Of a DNA stretch of 64,000 nt, positions 1 through 13,127 are shown one piece after another. A model generated the notes under the pieces. That model saw only the letters and a list, made by a program, of their open reading frames with translations, searched no databases and had not been told where the DNA came from. Source of the stretch: Harriotta raleighana. Taxonomy: Eukaryota. How positions within the stretch are numbered: the stretch's first letter is position 1; each line of letters starts with the position of its first letter. Position numbers and translations under genes: made by a program. Where the stretch lies: positions 942,373 through 1,006,372 of the forward strand of contig JBNZDD010013687.1 in assembly GCA_050575255.1 (NCBI GenBank), written 5' to 3'.

Positions 1-181
1 TTCAACGCCCCTCTCGAGTCTCTTCCCCCTCCTTGCTGCCACCCTCCCCCTCCCCCCTCGCCCTGAACATTTCCCCCTGCTCGGGTCTTAAACCAACTGT
101 CCAGCGCCTTGGGGCGTCCTCCTGACGTGAAACGCGCTCTATAAATGCAATGTTGTTGTTGTTGTTGTTGTTGTTGTTGTG
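1..181 (+). mobile_element. L2-type LINE 3' end with (TTG)n tail
   Basis: cagcgccttggggcgtcctcctgacgtgaaacgcgctctataaatgcaa followed by (tgt)n. The same tail recurs many times in the window. Confidence 0.75.
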
Positions 182-390
182 ATGTGCTGTTTCCCCTGGA
201 CTCCAAAACCCACCAGTGTGAGTTCTGAGAAATTTGTCAATTCCTTTCTTTTGCTGTGGATCGCGCCCACTCTGGTGCATGGTGCATCTCACATCTATTT
301 CATTTGAGATGATTACAAATAGCAGAGAGAATAGCCTTTCATCCCCTCATTTTGAGCTGGGTTTGAGCTAAAGCCCCAGATAGAGGCTGT

Positions 391-833
391 GAAGCTCCTG
401 TGGCTCAGTGGTTAGAGCACTCGTCTTACATGCCTTACAAGCATGAGACCTGTGTTCGAATCCAGGCAGATCAGGGCGAAACCTTGGGCACGTTTCCTTA
501 CTCCACATGCCTAATAATAATCCCTCCAAAAAAACCACAATAATAAAAATTGATCATTTCAATCCATGACTGTTTGTGGGACACTGCTGTGTGCAATTGG
601 CTGCTGCGTTCCTCCCACAAATATACAGTCAATTCACTTTACAGTATATTCTGTGAAGCGCTTTGAGATGTTGATAAGATGTAAAAAAGAATCAGAGAAA
701 AATTAATTCAACAAGCAATTGTATTATTGACATTGACAATCCCAATGTTAAAAATCCTGGACTGTACTGGTAGTCAAACTATNAGATGTGAAAAGCGCTA
801 TATCAAATACAAGGATTACTATTATTATTATTA
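391..833 (+). mobile_element. tRNA-derived SINE with partial Deu domain and L2-like tail, interrupted at ~683-783
   Basis: A box TGGCTCAGTGG, B box GTTCGAATCC, body gtttgtgggacactgctgtgtgcaattggctgc, tail aaggatta(tta)n. Confidence 0.9.
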
Positions 834-2695
834 CGGATGAAGACTAATTCTCTAATTCTAATTCTCTAATTCTCTGTATTAGTTCATCCCTCACTTCCTG
901 TTCCTATAAAGCAAAATTGCTGCTAAAGTCCCAGTGACACAGATTTTGAATGCTGCCAACATCTATTTCACTTGGGATTTGCCCAGCACATACAGTTCTC
1001 TAAAGTATATGAGTACAGGTGCAAATGAGCTATTAACAAAGTCTTTCTTAGTAACATTAATTGCTCACTTGCATTTCTTGGGCCAGTGAGTGATTACTTT
1101 CATCATAGTTTACTTGATGTTCATCTGTATCCTTTGACATGTTACTTGGTCTCAAACTAGAGCAGAGTGAGATTGTCCACCGGGAAAAACTCTGGGATGA
1201 GTGTTATGAATGAATGAACTGATAGTGAGACATCTAGGCTGGTAGTAGGTAGTATGTGACCAACAAATAGAAGCGGGGGGGAACAGATAAACCTGATTTT
1301 TAAAAAAGAATCAGAGAAAATTTATTCAACAAGCAATTGTATTATTGACATTGACAGTCCCAATGTTAAAAATCCTGGACTGTACTGGTAGTCAAACTAC
1401 ATCAGAAAAAGATTAACATTTTGTCTGTGACCCTCATCAAAAGTCACTTGGTTACCTTTCAGATGCTGGTTGTACATTTTCTGTGTATAAGACCAGAAAA
1501 TGGCATGAGACAAAGCACATTTAAAGTGAGGTGCTTTTGGAGCTCAGTCTATTTAGTTGCTGCGATGACCTCAGTACTGGTAGTTTTTCAGGGCATTTAC
1601 TTTTGCAACAACTTGATGTTACTCCAAAGCTTGCATTTCGCTGATAAGTTCACAGCCCCATATTCAAATGAAGCATTGGGTTACTTATTACAGTAATGAA
1701 ATATCCTGCATGAGTGCTTTGATAAAGACTATGAATATTTAGTTACATCCTTTCTTCTACAGGAAAGGGATATCAAAATAAAGATGATCAAATTCAATGA
1801 GTGTAAAATAATAGTGTAGACTTTAAAATAAATAAAATTAACGGAATCCAGTTAAAAGGAAAGGGAGCAGTGCGATGCAAGGACTGATTTAGAATTTGGT
1901 TTGTTATCTTGTTTGTAATTTTGCATAACGCTGAGGATATTTGCATAACCAAAACACTTTCAAATCTCGCTTGTGATAGCAGTTCACACTTTATTCCAAC
2001 ATCCTCTTGGCAATGATTCAATATTTTAATTTAGGGCAAAGAAAAAAAACTACCAGTTAATTGGTTAGAAAACATAGAGAGGAGTCAAACAATTCTGTAC
2101 CAAATAGAAAATGCCAGGGAAAAATTAAATTGTGACAGGTATCAAACCATTGGAGTCAGACCCATAGCAAAACTGGATTATGAATAATGTTTCTTAAGTG
2201 GGAGAAGGAAATAGGCTTTTTTTTAATCGAAAAGAAATTGTGTAATTCAGTCTGTTTCTGTTATTCTCCCTTTTTGGAAATTATAGAGTCAAATATGCCT
2301 CCCTTTACCAAAATACTTGGCATCATTCACAAAAGTCTTTACTCATCGTTGTTAGTTTAGACACCAATGAGAAAAAAACAAAAAAATCATTGAACCATTG
2401 GTCACAAAAACATTTAAGCCATTGTCTTCTTTTTAATGATCATTTATTACAGACATTACTCCTGAGTTGTAACAGTATTTCCAAAGAGACATTTCATTAT
2501 CATTTAAATCGATTAGAACTATAATTTGCTTTAATTGCTACATCAAGACATCTTTCAGATGATTGACTCTGACTGTGTGCACTTTTTGTGGTCAGCATGG
2601 TTGCGGACCAATAATTGACTTGAGTACTATCCACTCTCGATCTGCTCAATAAAAAGGTGATACAGCTGGAAGTTTCTGCCTTTTAGAAGGTAAAA

Positions 2696-2840
2696 CATTG
2701 TGTGCAATTGGCTGGTGCATTTCGCCACCCAATTATACGGTCACTACACTTTACAGTGAATTCTGTGAAACGCCTTGAGATGTCTCAGTAATGTGATGAG
2801 GTGATATATCAAATGCAAGGATTATTATTATTATTGTTAT
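2696..2840 (+). mobile_element. SINE 3' fragment
   Basis: tgtgcaattggctg...tatatcaaatgcaaggattattatt. Confidence 0.8.
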
Positions 2841-5800
2841 TGCATACAAGAAATATTAAATAATTTGCATATCCTATTCAGGAGTGATCTGCTATGCCAG
2901 GGAAGTTTTCCCTCTGGGTTTTGAACACATTCCTAAATTCTATGTCGACAGTTTTTAATGTGATATTTTTTCCTTTCCCCTCAAACTTGACAGTAGAATG
3001 ATTGTGATTTCCTGACCTATTGTGGGCTTCCCAGCATGCGGCTATGGTATTATATTAATGATCTCCGATTTGGAGACATGCAAGAACAAAGTACTGTACA
3101 CAGCCAGTACACTTTACAGTGTTTCAAGACGTGCTCCTGACATGAAAGGTGCTACATCGAATGTTGGGATCATTATTATTAGATCGGTAAAGTATATGCT
3201 TGATTTAACTAATCCTATTGATTGTAACCAAGGAGTATCAAGGATGGATGATCCTATGTTAACCTGAGAATAACAAGGCTGATTCTCTTCAGTGGAAGGC
3301 AGCTATTGTTAAGGAGTTTGCTTATTTTAGGATTGAGTTTGCAGTTGTTGTCCATTGTTGCGGTTGAGCAGATGAAAGATGAAAGAGGTAGAATAAGTTT
3401 TAGTTACCGCAGAGATTGTCAGACAGTAGAGAGGATTTTTTAGATTGTCCACCAGAGTGCGCTGATCCTGAAATTACATCAGTACTGTACTAGAATTTAA
3501 CTCAAGTTTAATTTTTATACCAATCTCTTGAAACAAATTTGTCACTTAGTGTTTCAACTCTGAACTTTTTTTTTAACTGTGATCAAATGGAGCTCCTTTC
3601 ATGTAAGAAGACTCTTACAACACTAAAGAGAAAAAATATTCATCAGTATGGGATTTCATTCAAAATGAAAGTCTTCGAGATGGGAAAAAAGAATACATAA
3701 TACAGTACTAGACAACGATACCATTCAATCATTCAGTGACGATCCAGCCTGCCTTCTATTTTTGTTATTGCCTTAGAATTAAGAAGTGAAGTTACAAAAA
3801 TCTAGAGTTTAAATGTTTTTTTAAAAAATCAATAGCAGGCAATTTATTAGAATGGAATATTTCATACATGCTTTGCAGCAATAAAACATTTGCTTGTTAC
3901 TTATTATGGATAAGAGCCGCACAGCAGGGAAGTAGAAATAAATACCATTCATCCCCTCGAATATTGCAATTACTGTAGAAATAATTTTAACTTAGGCATT
4001 TCAATTTGTTTTGGTTTAAACCTTGTTTAGCTTTTTGACTTTGATCTTAATTGTTTGCAGGTTCGAGTTATTTCAAACTTTTTTATGTTCGACATTCTAC
4101 CTGGCATTCACACAAAAGTTGCTGAGATAGGTGTCCACACATTGCTCTCATTTCACCTCCTGAACATGGAGAGAGTAGAAAAATAGGTCATTTTTCACTC
4201 ATTGGGAGAAGGAGTGCATATTATATCATACCCAAATCACTGCTGATTTCAAAATGTGTTTATTTAAAATGTCCCATAAACTATTTTCCACATCACCACC
4301 CACTCTTTTTTTTAATAACTTACCAACTGTATGGGTGGAATTGGGCAATAATAATTATGATGCCTTTCTCGTTGAGAGGGCATTTCAAAGCACATCAAAG
4401 GATTTACTATAAAGCACATCCACCTGATGGGACATGGGTATTAGAAGTGAAAGTAATAATACCTCACACATTGGAAGCAATGCTATGGATGGAGTCTGAG
4501 TCCACTTTTGCTGGCTTTGTGTATATTGTATTATCTCGGACATGTAGTGTGACATTTATTGCCGTATGGCTGAATATGTGAACTGCATTCCGTGTGTCCT
4601 ATTGGCATGTACAGACTGTTACTGATATTTTGGCACTGGAGTACAAGGCAGGAGGGAACGGATAGCCACACAAGCTGCAGATAGTTAAATGGAATTATTC
4701 ACCTCTTTAATAATGAACCGTTTAAGAAATCAGTCAAAAACAGCTTCCAGTTTCTTTGCACTCCATGCCATATGGCCTACAGGCTGTGTTTTTTTATTTG
4801 CTGGCTGCAAATGGAAATAGCACAATAGTTCCATAGTTGCGTCTCTCTCAAGGTGGTCTTATACATATCAATAGGCTGGTGCCCACGCATCATCAAAAAA
4901 TAATACAATCTTATTGCATTGCTGGAGACAAATAATTCAATTCATGTTTATAGACTTTAGTTTATTAGTGGCACAGTCCTGCGCATGACTTTCAGTGTTG
5001 CTAAAACACCTAACTTTCTTGTAATATTTACAGAAACCTGCTTAAAAACTTGCGTTTCTGGTGGGATTGTGATACCACAGTAATCACACCATGATATTCC
5101 AGTTCACTCTTCCCACTGTACCCGTTTGAAGCACGTAATCAGAAACTGAAAGCTGATCCATTTAGTGTAAACATATAGTGCTGTAACATGCATGCTATTA
5201 TAGTTATGTTCAGAATATATTTCTAAGATGATAATAGTGGTTAGAAAAAAGCAGTCACTTGAAGGCACCCCATAACTAGGGGAAACAGAGTAGTTTCTGC
5301 TATTTCTGATATTTAATGGTTATCAAAATAGAAGTAATCTAGTTCAAACACACATTTAAAATAACATTGGGCACATTTTAGATGTCCCTTATGCTGTGAA
5401 AAGCTTGTACAGTATTATAGTCTGAATGCTCATACAGATAGAGATATCAGTCATTTTAAAGTTAGCAGGAAGCAGTCCTTCATCAAACTATGAAACGTTG
5501 TTCAGGAAGACTTTCTGATTTCCAAGTGTGTGCCAATAAACCACAGGCATAAAGCTTCCTTTGCAGCTTTAATAATACTAATAAGCTTGCTCCAAGTCTT
5601 ACGCTCCTCCATCGGTGGGGGTCATTCAGTCATTCTGTCTCTGCTCTCTTGAACTCGCTCCCTCTCTACCTTTGCTCAACTTCCATTTCAAAATCTACCT
5701 CTTTGACCACGCTTTCAGTCATCTTTCCTCTTCCTACCCCTAGTTCAGGTGCCCAGCCAGCAGTGTCAAGAGCCTTCCAAGGAAAGCTATGCTATACAAT

Positions 5801-6139
5801 TATAAATTGTATACTAAATCATCTTCGTCCTTGTATTTCACGTGTTCATTTGAGTGGACGATGAACAATGCACATCAAGATCAATATTCCTTCAATATTG
5901 TCTATCCGACTTATCTTCTCAAGGTTAATAGAAAAGAACTGAATGATGAGGCAAGGAAACTGTATCAGCTCCCTCATTCAAGAATACTTGGAAAATAATA
6001 ATGCTGACTAATATTGGTGTCCTAGTGGTTGATTGATAATCTCTTAACAAATGAATTTGAATGTATAAAAACTGAAATGTTACTCTTGGATTTCATTAAC
6101 CGACCCTATTATTTTACAAACTGATGATGCTCTTTTCAG

Positions 6140-6306
6140 AGAAGACATCCTTGATGCGAATGTGCACTGACCAGTCAGAAAGTGAATCTACTCCTGATAA
6201 GTTCTTGGCACAATCTAGGCCAGAATCCTTGGACCTTACGCAGTTTACTGTGAACAGAGAAGCAACTGACAGAGAAGATCAGCTAACGTGTTGGCTGGAT
6301 GGTAAT
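6140..6306 (+). CDS. FMN1: probable FMN1 internal exon of the long (basic N-terminus) isoform
   Basis: Acceptor ctcttttcag (ends 6139) and donor AAT|gtaagt (6307). Open 167-nt exon, phase 1 in and phase 0 out, compatible with the phase-0 exon at 17961. The peptide itself is not recognisably conserved. Confidence 0.6.
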
Positions 6307-7359
6307 GTAAGTCATGGCTTATAATTATTTTGATTTTGAAAAAGGATATTTAAGCACAATGTTTTACAGGTGATTACAATGGGAACTTCATGTTGGTATA
6401 TTTTACTGAGCATTCAATTCTCTTACATTAATCAGCAGACCTGTAACTTAGCATTTCAAAATAAGTAGAAACTCAATGGCTTAATCTTGCGCACATTTTA
6501 TTATTGAGTACCAAAGTTGAAATCAAATGATCAACATTAATAATCAAAAATAATTCTTGGATTTGACACAGCACCTATCACAAGAGGATGCCTTCTCAAA
6601 ACATCTCACATGGTTTACTGTACAGTACTTTGTACGTGAACTAATATTTTTTGCAAAAGCATTACCACATTTGTGCAGTTTGCTACATAGTTTTCGTGCA
6701 ACAAGATTCACCGGGATTGTTATTCAACAGCGAGTAAGCAAAACAGATATTTTCTTTCTTCCTCCTAGTATTGTGAGGAAATTTGTGTTCCATATACAGT
6801 ACAGCTTAGGGGCAAAGGAGACTTTGTTCAAATCAAAACTAACACATTATTGCTCAGTGATCCCTGTAAAGTGATATAGCAAACAAACATTTTCACTTTT
6901 TGTTTTGCTTTATTGAGGAAAGAAGATCTTTCCATTTACATCCTGGGTTTTAAATTTTTCTTCCAATTATGACTGAAATGGAACAAGGTTGCATTGTTTT
7001 CCTTTGTGCTGGACTTCACTTGCCACAATGAAAAATCAAAATCTGTGGCATTACTGCTCCCAATTACCATTTGCATTAGTAATAATGCTGACATTAAAAG
7101 GACAAAAAATACTTGTTCCTTTTCCAATTACTGTATTCCCATTTCTAGGCTTAATAGCTCAGCAATGTTCTGAAGTACTGTATGTTTTTAAAATGACCTC
7201 TCTTGCTAAATAGATTTGTTTATTGCTGTCTTTTGTGTATCAAGATCGATGCTCTTAATTGACAAGTTGCTGATACTATGCCCTAGCTTCATAAACTTTA
7301 AAAATACTAAGCTGTATGCATCTTATGATATCTTCTAGAAAATGTAGTGAACGACATGG

Positions 7360-7457
7360 GTATGGGAAAAGAGCAGGTAAATGGAATTGAAAAGAGCCAA
7401 CACTGAACGATGGACGAAATGGACTTCCGTACTGTAAATTTCAATCGTTCCATGATC
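7360..7457 (+). mobile_element. CR1-type 3' tail fragment
   Basis: aaagagccaacactgaacgatggacgaaatggacttccgtactgtaaatttcaatcgttccatga resembles the recalled shark CR1 3' UTR. Confidence 0.5.
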
Positions 7458-8040
7458 AATGTAACTGGGCTATTTCCATTGACATAAAGGGAATCGGACA
7501 TCATGCACATGTTTCTCCACAAGCAGATGTTATTTGTGTGGCTGAGGCCATGCTGCCAGACTCAGGCTAACTTAATAATCCATTTGGGGAGATGGGACTA
7601 GAGAACTGTGTGCTGGACTTCTGCATACTGGCCAGAACACCATCTCGTGTGGTCTGAATGGGGATTAGTGATGGCTTGTTGTGTTTGAACGGCTTCCTTT
7701 TCAAAGCAGACACATTGCTGACCTCCTCACTTGGGCACCAGAGCTTGGAGCAAGAACCAAAGGAAGTGGGGTGGTGAAAATGACCAAAAATGTGGCCAAA
7801 GAGTAGAGATAAAAGAAATTACAGTTGGTAGAAATTAGAAAGAAATAAGTAGAGAGAGAATGTAGAAGAAAAACTACGTAGAAACACATGATAACAACAT
7901 GAGTAAAGTTTTATTTCACTTAAAATTATGTTCTGTATTTATTTTGGAGGTTAGGTTTCAGAGCAAATTACTAGTTATTCTGAAGTTTGAGTAACTTTAT
8001 TACAAATGTATAATATAGTGTTATTATTTCTTCAGTGTTG

Positions 8041-8152
8041 CACAGTCAATTTACTTTGCAATATATTCTGTGAAGCGCTTTGACACATCTGGAAGACGTG
8101 AAATGTAACACAGTATATCAAACGCAAGGATTATTATTATTATTATTATTAT
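8041..8152 (+). mobile_element. SINE 3' fragment
   Basis: acagtcaatttactttgcaatatattctgtgaagcgcttt...caaggattattattatt. Confidence 0.8.
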
Positions 8153-8689
8153 TTTGCCAGTCTAACGGTTAGTTACAAAAGGAGAGGTTGGCCCAGAGTA
8201 TTTAGACAAATTACAAAAGTTGTACCCTCTAATGCTTATTGTATCCTAATCACTGTGGATGCCTCCCTGTATTTTGGCAGTTTCTTCAAGTCTTTCCTAT
8301 TTGAATTCTAATCACACACAAGCTGACTATTCTGAGACACCCTGACATTATGTAAATCTGATTGGCACTTCCCTTATGTCAAAGCATATATTAAGCAGCG
8401 AATAATGCACCCCACCCCAGAATAGTATGCAATGATGTCATCTGTATCACTGAAATTATGGTACTCTGTATACTGTACTTGTAATGGAAATAATCGCAAT
8501 GTCTGGCCAGGTGGTGAACGTCTGAATGTATTTATTAATAGGCGTTTTCTTTTTTTTTAAAAAAGCCTGAACGTATTTGTCTGCAGCAGTGAATCATGTG
8601 AAATCAACAGTGAACACAATTAGTGACTGGGCCTTCAGACATTCTGCCTCTTCCCAGCAGAAGTACAACTTGAAGTCTCACCACTTTGT

Positions 8690-8870
8690 CCCCCTCATCA
8701 CCCCTTGCATCATTTTAAATCCACCTTAAAATCTCTCTCATTGCTGGTGCTTTCAGCCAGCTTTTCCATCCCCCTCCCACCCCCCTCCCACTCCCCACAT
8801 AAGGCAGTTATGTGAAGTGCTTTTCCATTCCGAGGTAAAAGGTGCCATAAGAATGTAAATTCATGTTACG
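8690..8870 (+). mobile_element. degenerate L2 3' end
   Basis: tttaaatccaccttaaaatctctctc, then a C-rich 3' UTR, then tgtgaagtgc...aaaggtgccataagaatgtaa. Confidence 0.55.
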
Positions 8871-8927
8871 TTGATGAAGAATCTACTGCATTTATTCATG
8901 CTGTTTAGGCGAAGATTTCAAATGTTC

Positions 8928-8974
8928 TTTTAAAGGTGAAAATGTAAGCATTTTTAAAGGTGAAAATGTAAGCA
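8928..8974 (+). repeat. perfect 24-bp tandem duplication
   Basis: ttttaaaggtgaaaatgtaagca occurs twice. Confidence 0.9.
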
Positions 8975-9511
8975 ATGGCGTGCTGCTTTTCTGCTTGCTC
9001 ATATTTTCGTCCAAGAAGTTACTGTACAAAGGTTATAAATTATGTCATTTTCATTTGAATTGAGATGGTGACTTATTTGAAATGGAATGCATATTCCCTT
9101 GGTAACACACACACAACACCTACCCTCAGCAGGTTACTTAATTTAACACGATTGCCTTCAATTTCTGTAAGTGAGCGGTAAAGTTATTAAATCCACGAAA
9201 TGCAATGTTGATTCCCTCAACTCTTTCATGCAAACTTTACAATCCAACTTAGTTCAAATCAATCTCTTTCACACTCTCTTTCAAAATCTGCAAGTCATTC
9301 TTCCCAGAATCCTTTTATATTTGCACATCCAATTGCCACTCAGTCATTGAAGCAAATGCAGTATGCAACATGAGCTAACAATGAATACTGCTCTGTTAAA
9401 ACACATGCTGTCTTTTTTTAAAAAAATAGGTGTGGCCTCATTAAATGTCACTGCTGGTAGGTTCTTTGTGTGCTATTACTGCATGGCATTAACCATAATA
9501 TCAGTAAAAAG

Positions 9512-9835
9512 AATAATTATTTGGTCAATCAATCCACGACTTTGTTGAACACGGCTGTACGCAATTGGCTGCTGTGTTTCGCCGACAAAATATACAGTCA
9601 ATTTACTTTGCAGTATATTCTGAAGAGCTTTGAGACATCTCAAAGACGTTATAAGTCGTTGTATCAAACACAAGGAATATTATAATTAGTGTTTTCTATT
9701 CAATCGCAGTAGGCATTCACATACAAACTGCAGCCATTACAGTTTACAATATATGTGAAACACTTAGAGTGTCTCCAAAGTCTACACATCATCTTGAAAT
9801 GATAGGCATTATATCAATGCAAGGATTATTATTTA
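9512..9835 (+). mobile_element. two SINE 3' fragments in tandem
   Basis: ttggtcaatcaatccacgac...gcaattggctgctgtgtttcgcc...caaggaatattat, followed by a second tail tatatcaatgcaaggattattatt. Confidence 0.75.
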
Positions 9836-11829
9836 TTCTAGTAAAGAACCAGTGTTGCTCTCATCGTTGAGGTGCTGAATATGTACTATATTGTGGATTA
9901 CAGAGTTTGCAGTTTTGCAATATCTGCAACAAGCTTAGAATTTTGGGCTATAAATGCAATACAATACAAATCGTGCCCTTCATATCGAGAGAACTATAAC
10001 CCAAGGGTCTAGTCTTGGTTTAGCACAGATTTTAAATCCAACTGATTTAAGAGTTGCAAGTTCTTGTTTTAGACCATGGTGTTTGGGAATGGAATGCATA
10101 TTTTCAATGAAAAGTAATAGATAACAGATGCATATTTATGCTGATGCCCAATATAATGTCCAGAAAAATGAAGGCAGTGAAACTGAAAGAGAAAATGTCT
10201 CATGTTTGAAGAGTTTAAGAGGATGTGAAAGATTTTATCTCAAAAGATTTAAGAAATGTGGAAAATTCAGTCCAATCTTGGTCGCTGATTTTCCTTAATT
10301 TTTAAAAAGACTTTGACTTTCAAATTATGACTTGAATTTAATTTTGTTTCCATTGTTCTTTGCAATTTGAATTTAAGGACTAACCTAGGTAGAATTTCTG
10401 GCATCAAATGTTGAGGAGATAAATAGCAGTAGTAACAATATTGCTCTTATTGCCCTTGAATAGTTCAATCCCTTGCTAGGTGTTAATACAGGGATTAATC
10501 AAGTACTATATCTGAGTTAAAGTGGATCTCCTTCATCATCTGTTTGTGGATTAGGAGAGTGGAAATTTTGTTCTGTTACACTGACTTCCTCACTATCCTA
10601 GTTCAGAATAAAGTTAATATCAAATGTGTCTTATAGCAACTATGTTTACAGTGAAATTATTAGGATTTGTATTTGAAACTATTTCTTAGGATTTCCTGGC
10701 TCTCTATACATTCTATTTTCTTTTCCTCCTCAATGGAAATATATGAAACCTCAGATTGCTCTTCATTTGTATTCCTTTCATTTCACTTGAATTTTATCTT
10801 CTGGGCCATATTACTTGGTAATTTCCGAAGCTGATGAGTAACTGCACTAGAGCCTGATTTAATCATGGAGGTCTCAGCTTTAGGAATTACAGATCCCACA
10901 CAGGGGTGACCAAAGTAAATCATTCAAGGCTTTAGGTTTTTTTTCACACTGTTCCTTCATTGGATCATGTGTCCTATTAAATTAAGAGTTAACAGGTGTT
11001 GATGACTTTCCACCAAAGTTTAACAATTATTTACAGAACCAAAATCTACCCGTAATGCAAACAAACCCCAATCCTTTTATATTCACTACCAAGCAAATGT
11101 GCATTCAGTATTTGGTGTTTGTGCTTTTCTTTCAGGCACACAATTACATTAGGTTTTTAACTAATGGTGTCTCTATGTTGTTTGACAGATCTGAACAAGT
11201 TCCCCATGAATTCCCACTTCCGCCCCCGTTTTCTGGGAATGTGGATTGATGTTGGGTTGTTTAATTTGGATTCACACAGTAAAATCAACATACTTGTGAG
11301 AAGTGCTTTGAGACACTCTCCCAGTGTGAAGGGCACCATATGAATGAAAATTACTGTAGTGCATGATGTAATTCTAATTTCCAACTTTTCCCTTTCCTGA
11401 AAATTGTTCAATGCTGGATGCGATTAATGGAAGGGGTTTTGCTGTGAGGAGCGATGACCCTCAAGTTATCGACCTTCGCAGCTCAGAAACAAGTTCCTTT
11501 AAATCCAACTGCTATGGAAACCAGCTATTTTGCCTTTCAGGCATATTATTCCATCAATTAAACAGTCCTGTCCTGTCATCTTAAATTATGTCATGATATT
11601 TGTATTGGCAGCAAATCTGTCTTCTGATTTTAAGCTTATTATCTGTACTTGTTTTGTGTTTTGAAGTCTGAGTACAAGCTTCTTGTAAATTGACTGTGCA
11701 TTTTAGGGAGCATTTAAATAGAAAGTTCATGATTAGCGAAATTGGCTGTGCTCTTTTTTGGCCTGGTGCATGCCAATGCCACCCATCACCACACTTAAGA
11801 GGATTCAAACAAAATAAAGTTCCACATGC

Positions 11830-12148
11830 ATTGAAAGTGTGCATTCCATTCCAGTGAAAGTTCCCTGAGTTTGAAATGGATTGCACACTTTCTCCCTGCA
11901 GGGGCACACATGGTTTGCCTAATTCCAGAGAGTATTAGGCACAAGAGCCAAAACTCGTGGACCCCATAGTGTGTGATGGAGAGCAGCTGGAGTGTAAACA
12001 ACTAAAGCCACATAGTGTGCCATGCCATTAAGAGCACTATCTAACAATCTTTCTGCTACTTGTCCAGCTAAGATCATCCTACCCAGTAAGGCTTTGGCTT
12101 GCAGCTTGAAAAATAGCTGAGTGGGAAGAATCTCTGCTCCCAGTGACT
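11830..12148 (+). mobile_element. old dispersed palindromic (MITE-like) repeat
   Basis: Homologous to 38474-38731, 18985-19125 (-), 47890-48035 (-) and 56110-56160 (-). Internal inverted repeat at 11833-11892. Confidence 0.6.
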
Positions 12149-12181
12149 CCTCGTCTGCTCCTCCATGTCAAAGATAAACGT

Positions 12182-12479
12182 GGAGTCCTGTAGCTCAGTG
12201 GTTAGAGCATGCATCTTGTGAGTGAGAGACTCAGGTTCATTTCTAAGCAGGGCAAAACCTTGGGCATGTTTCCTTACTCGACATGCCTAATAATAATCTC
12301 TCCAAAAAAAACGAACATTTCAATCCGCCACTGTTTGTGGGACACTGCTCTAAGCAATCGGCTGCCACGTTTCGCTCACAAATGTATAGTCAATTCACTT
12401 TACAGCATATTCTGTGAAGCTCTTTGAGACATTCTAGAAGACGTGAAAAGTGTTTTATCAAATGCAAGGATTATTATTA
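12182..12479 (+). mobile_element. full-length tRNA-derived SINE
   Basis: ggagtcctgtagctcagtggttagagc...ccttgggcatgtttccttactc...aaatgcaaggattattatt. Confidence 0.9.
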
Positions 12480-12530
12480 AACTAGGTTGGCTGGTCTGTT
12501 ATCAGCAGTGCACTGGAGCATTATGTAATA

Positions 12531-12847
12531 TAATAATAATCCTTGCATTTGATATAGCACTTTTCACATCTTATCGACGTCCCAAAGCGCTTCACAGAAT
12601 ATACTGTAAAGTCAATTGACTGTATATTTGTGGGTGGAACGCGGCAGCCAATTGCGCACAGCAGTGTCCCACAAACAGTCGTGGATTGAAATGACCAATT
12701 TTATTATTGTGATTTTTTTGGAGGGATTATTATTAGGCATGTGGAGTAAGGAAACTTGCCCAAGATTTCGCCCTGATCTGCCTGGATTCGAACACAGGTC
12801 TCATGCTTGTAAGGCGAGTGCTCTAACCACTAAGCCACAGGAGCTCC
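12531..12847 (-). mobile_element. full-length young tRNA-derived SINE
   Basis: Reverse complement of the 391 and 33084 copies with intact A and B boxes and retained CpGs. Confidence 0.92.
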
Positions 12848-12929
12848 ACGCTTATGGTCCACGTTGCTCAGGAGCTGGACTATCAAGACCCTCAAAGAGG
12901 ATTGAGTCAATGCTAACATCTGTTGCCAA

Positions 12930-13089
12930 GCATGTCACCTTGGAGCGAGCTCATCTCCACCATGCAGCATTATGGAGCAGCAGCCTAGCCCTCGTTGATA
13001 TGAATTCAAATTCCCGACGTAGGTGGGGCTTGAACCTGCACCTGTTCAACTCAGAGGCAAGAGCGATACCAGCTGAACCAGGCTGACAC
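12930..13089 (-). mobile_element. old DeuSINE-type 5' fragment
   Basis: Reverse complement gtgtcagcctggttcagctggtatcgctcttgcctctgagttgaacaggtgcaggttcaagccccac matches the head at 50582. Confidence 0.65.
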
Positions 13090-13127
13090 CTAAACAGCCC
13101 TTTTTAAAAAAAAAATCTTGAATCTTG

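Noticed and set aside
391-470. tRNA-like sequences with A and B boxes (also 12182, 12847, 24909, 33084, 41019)
   Set aside because: SINE heads. There is no complete acceptor stem, and each continues into a SINE body.
12616-13086. 156-aa ORF and its look-alikes (32842-33312, 24922-25161, 40086-40268, 33200-33412)
   Set aside because: Translations of the same SINE, mostly antisense. Their similarity reflects the repeat, not a gene family.
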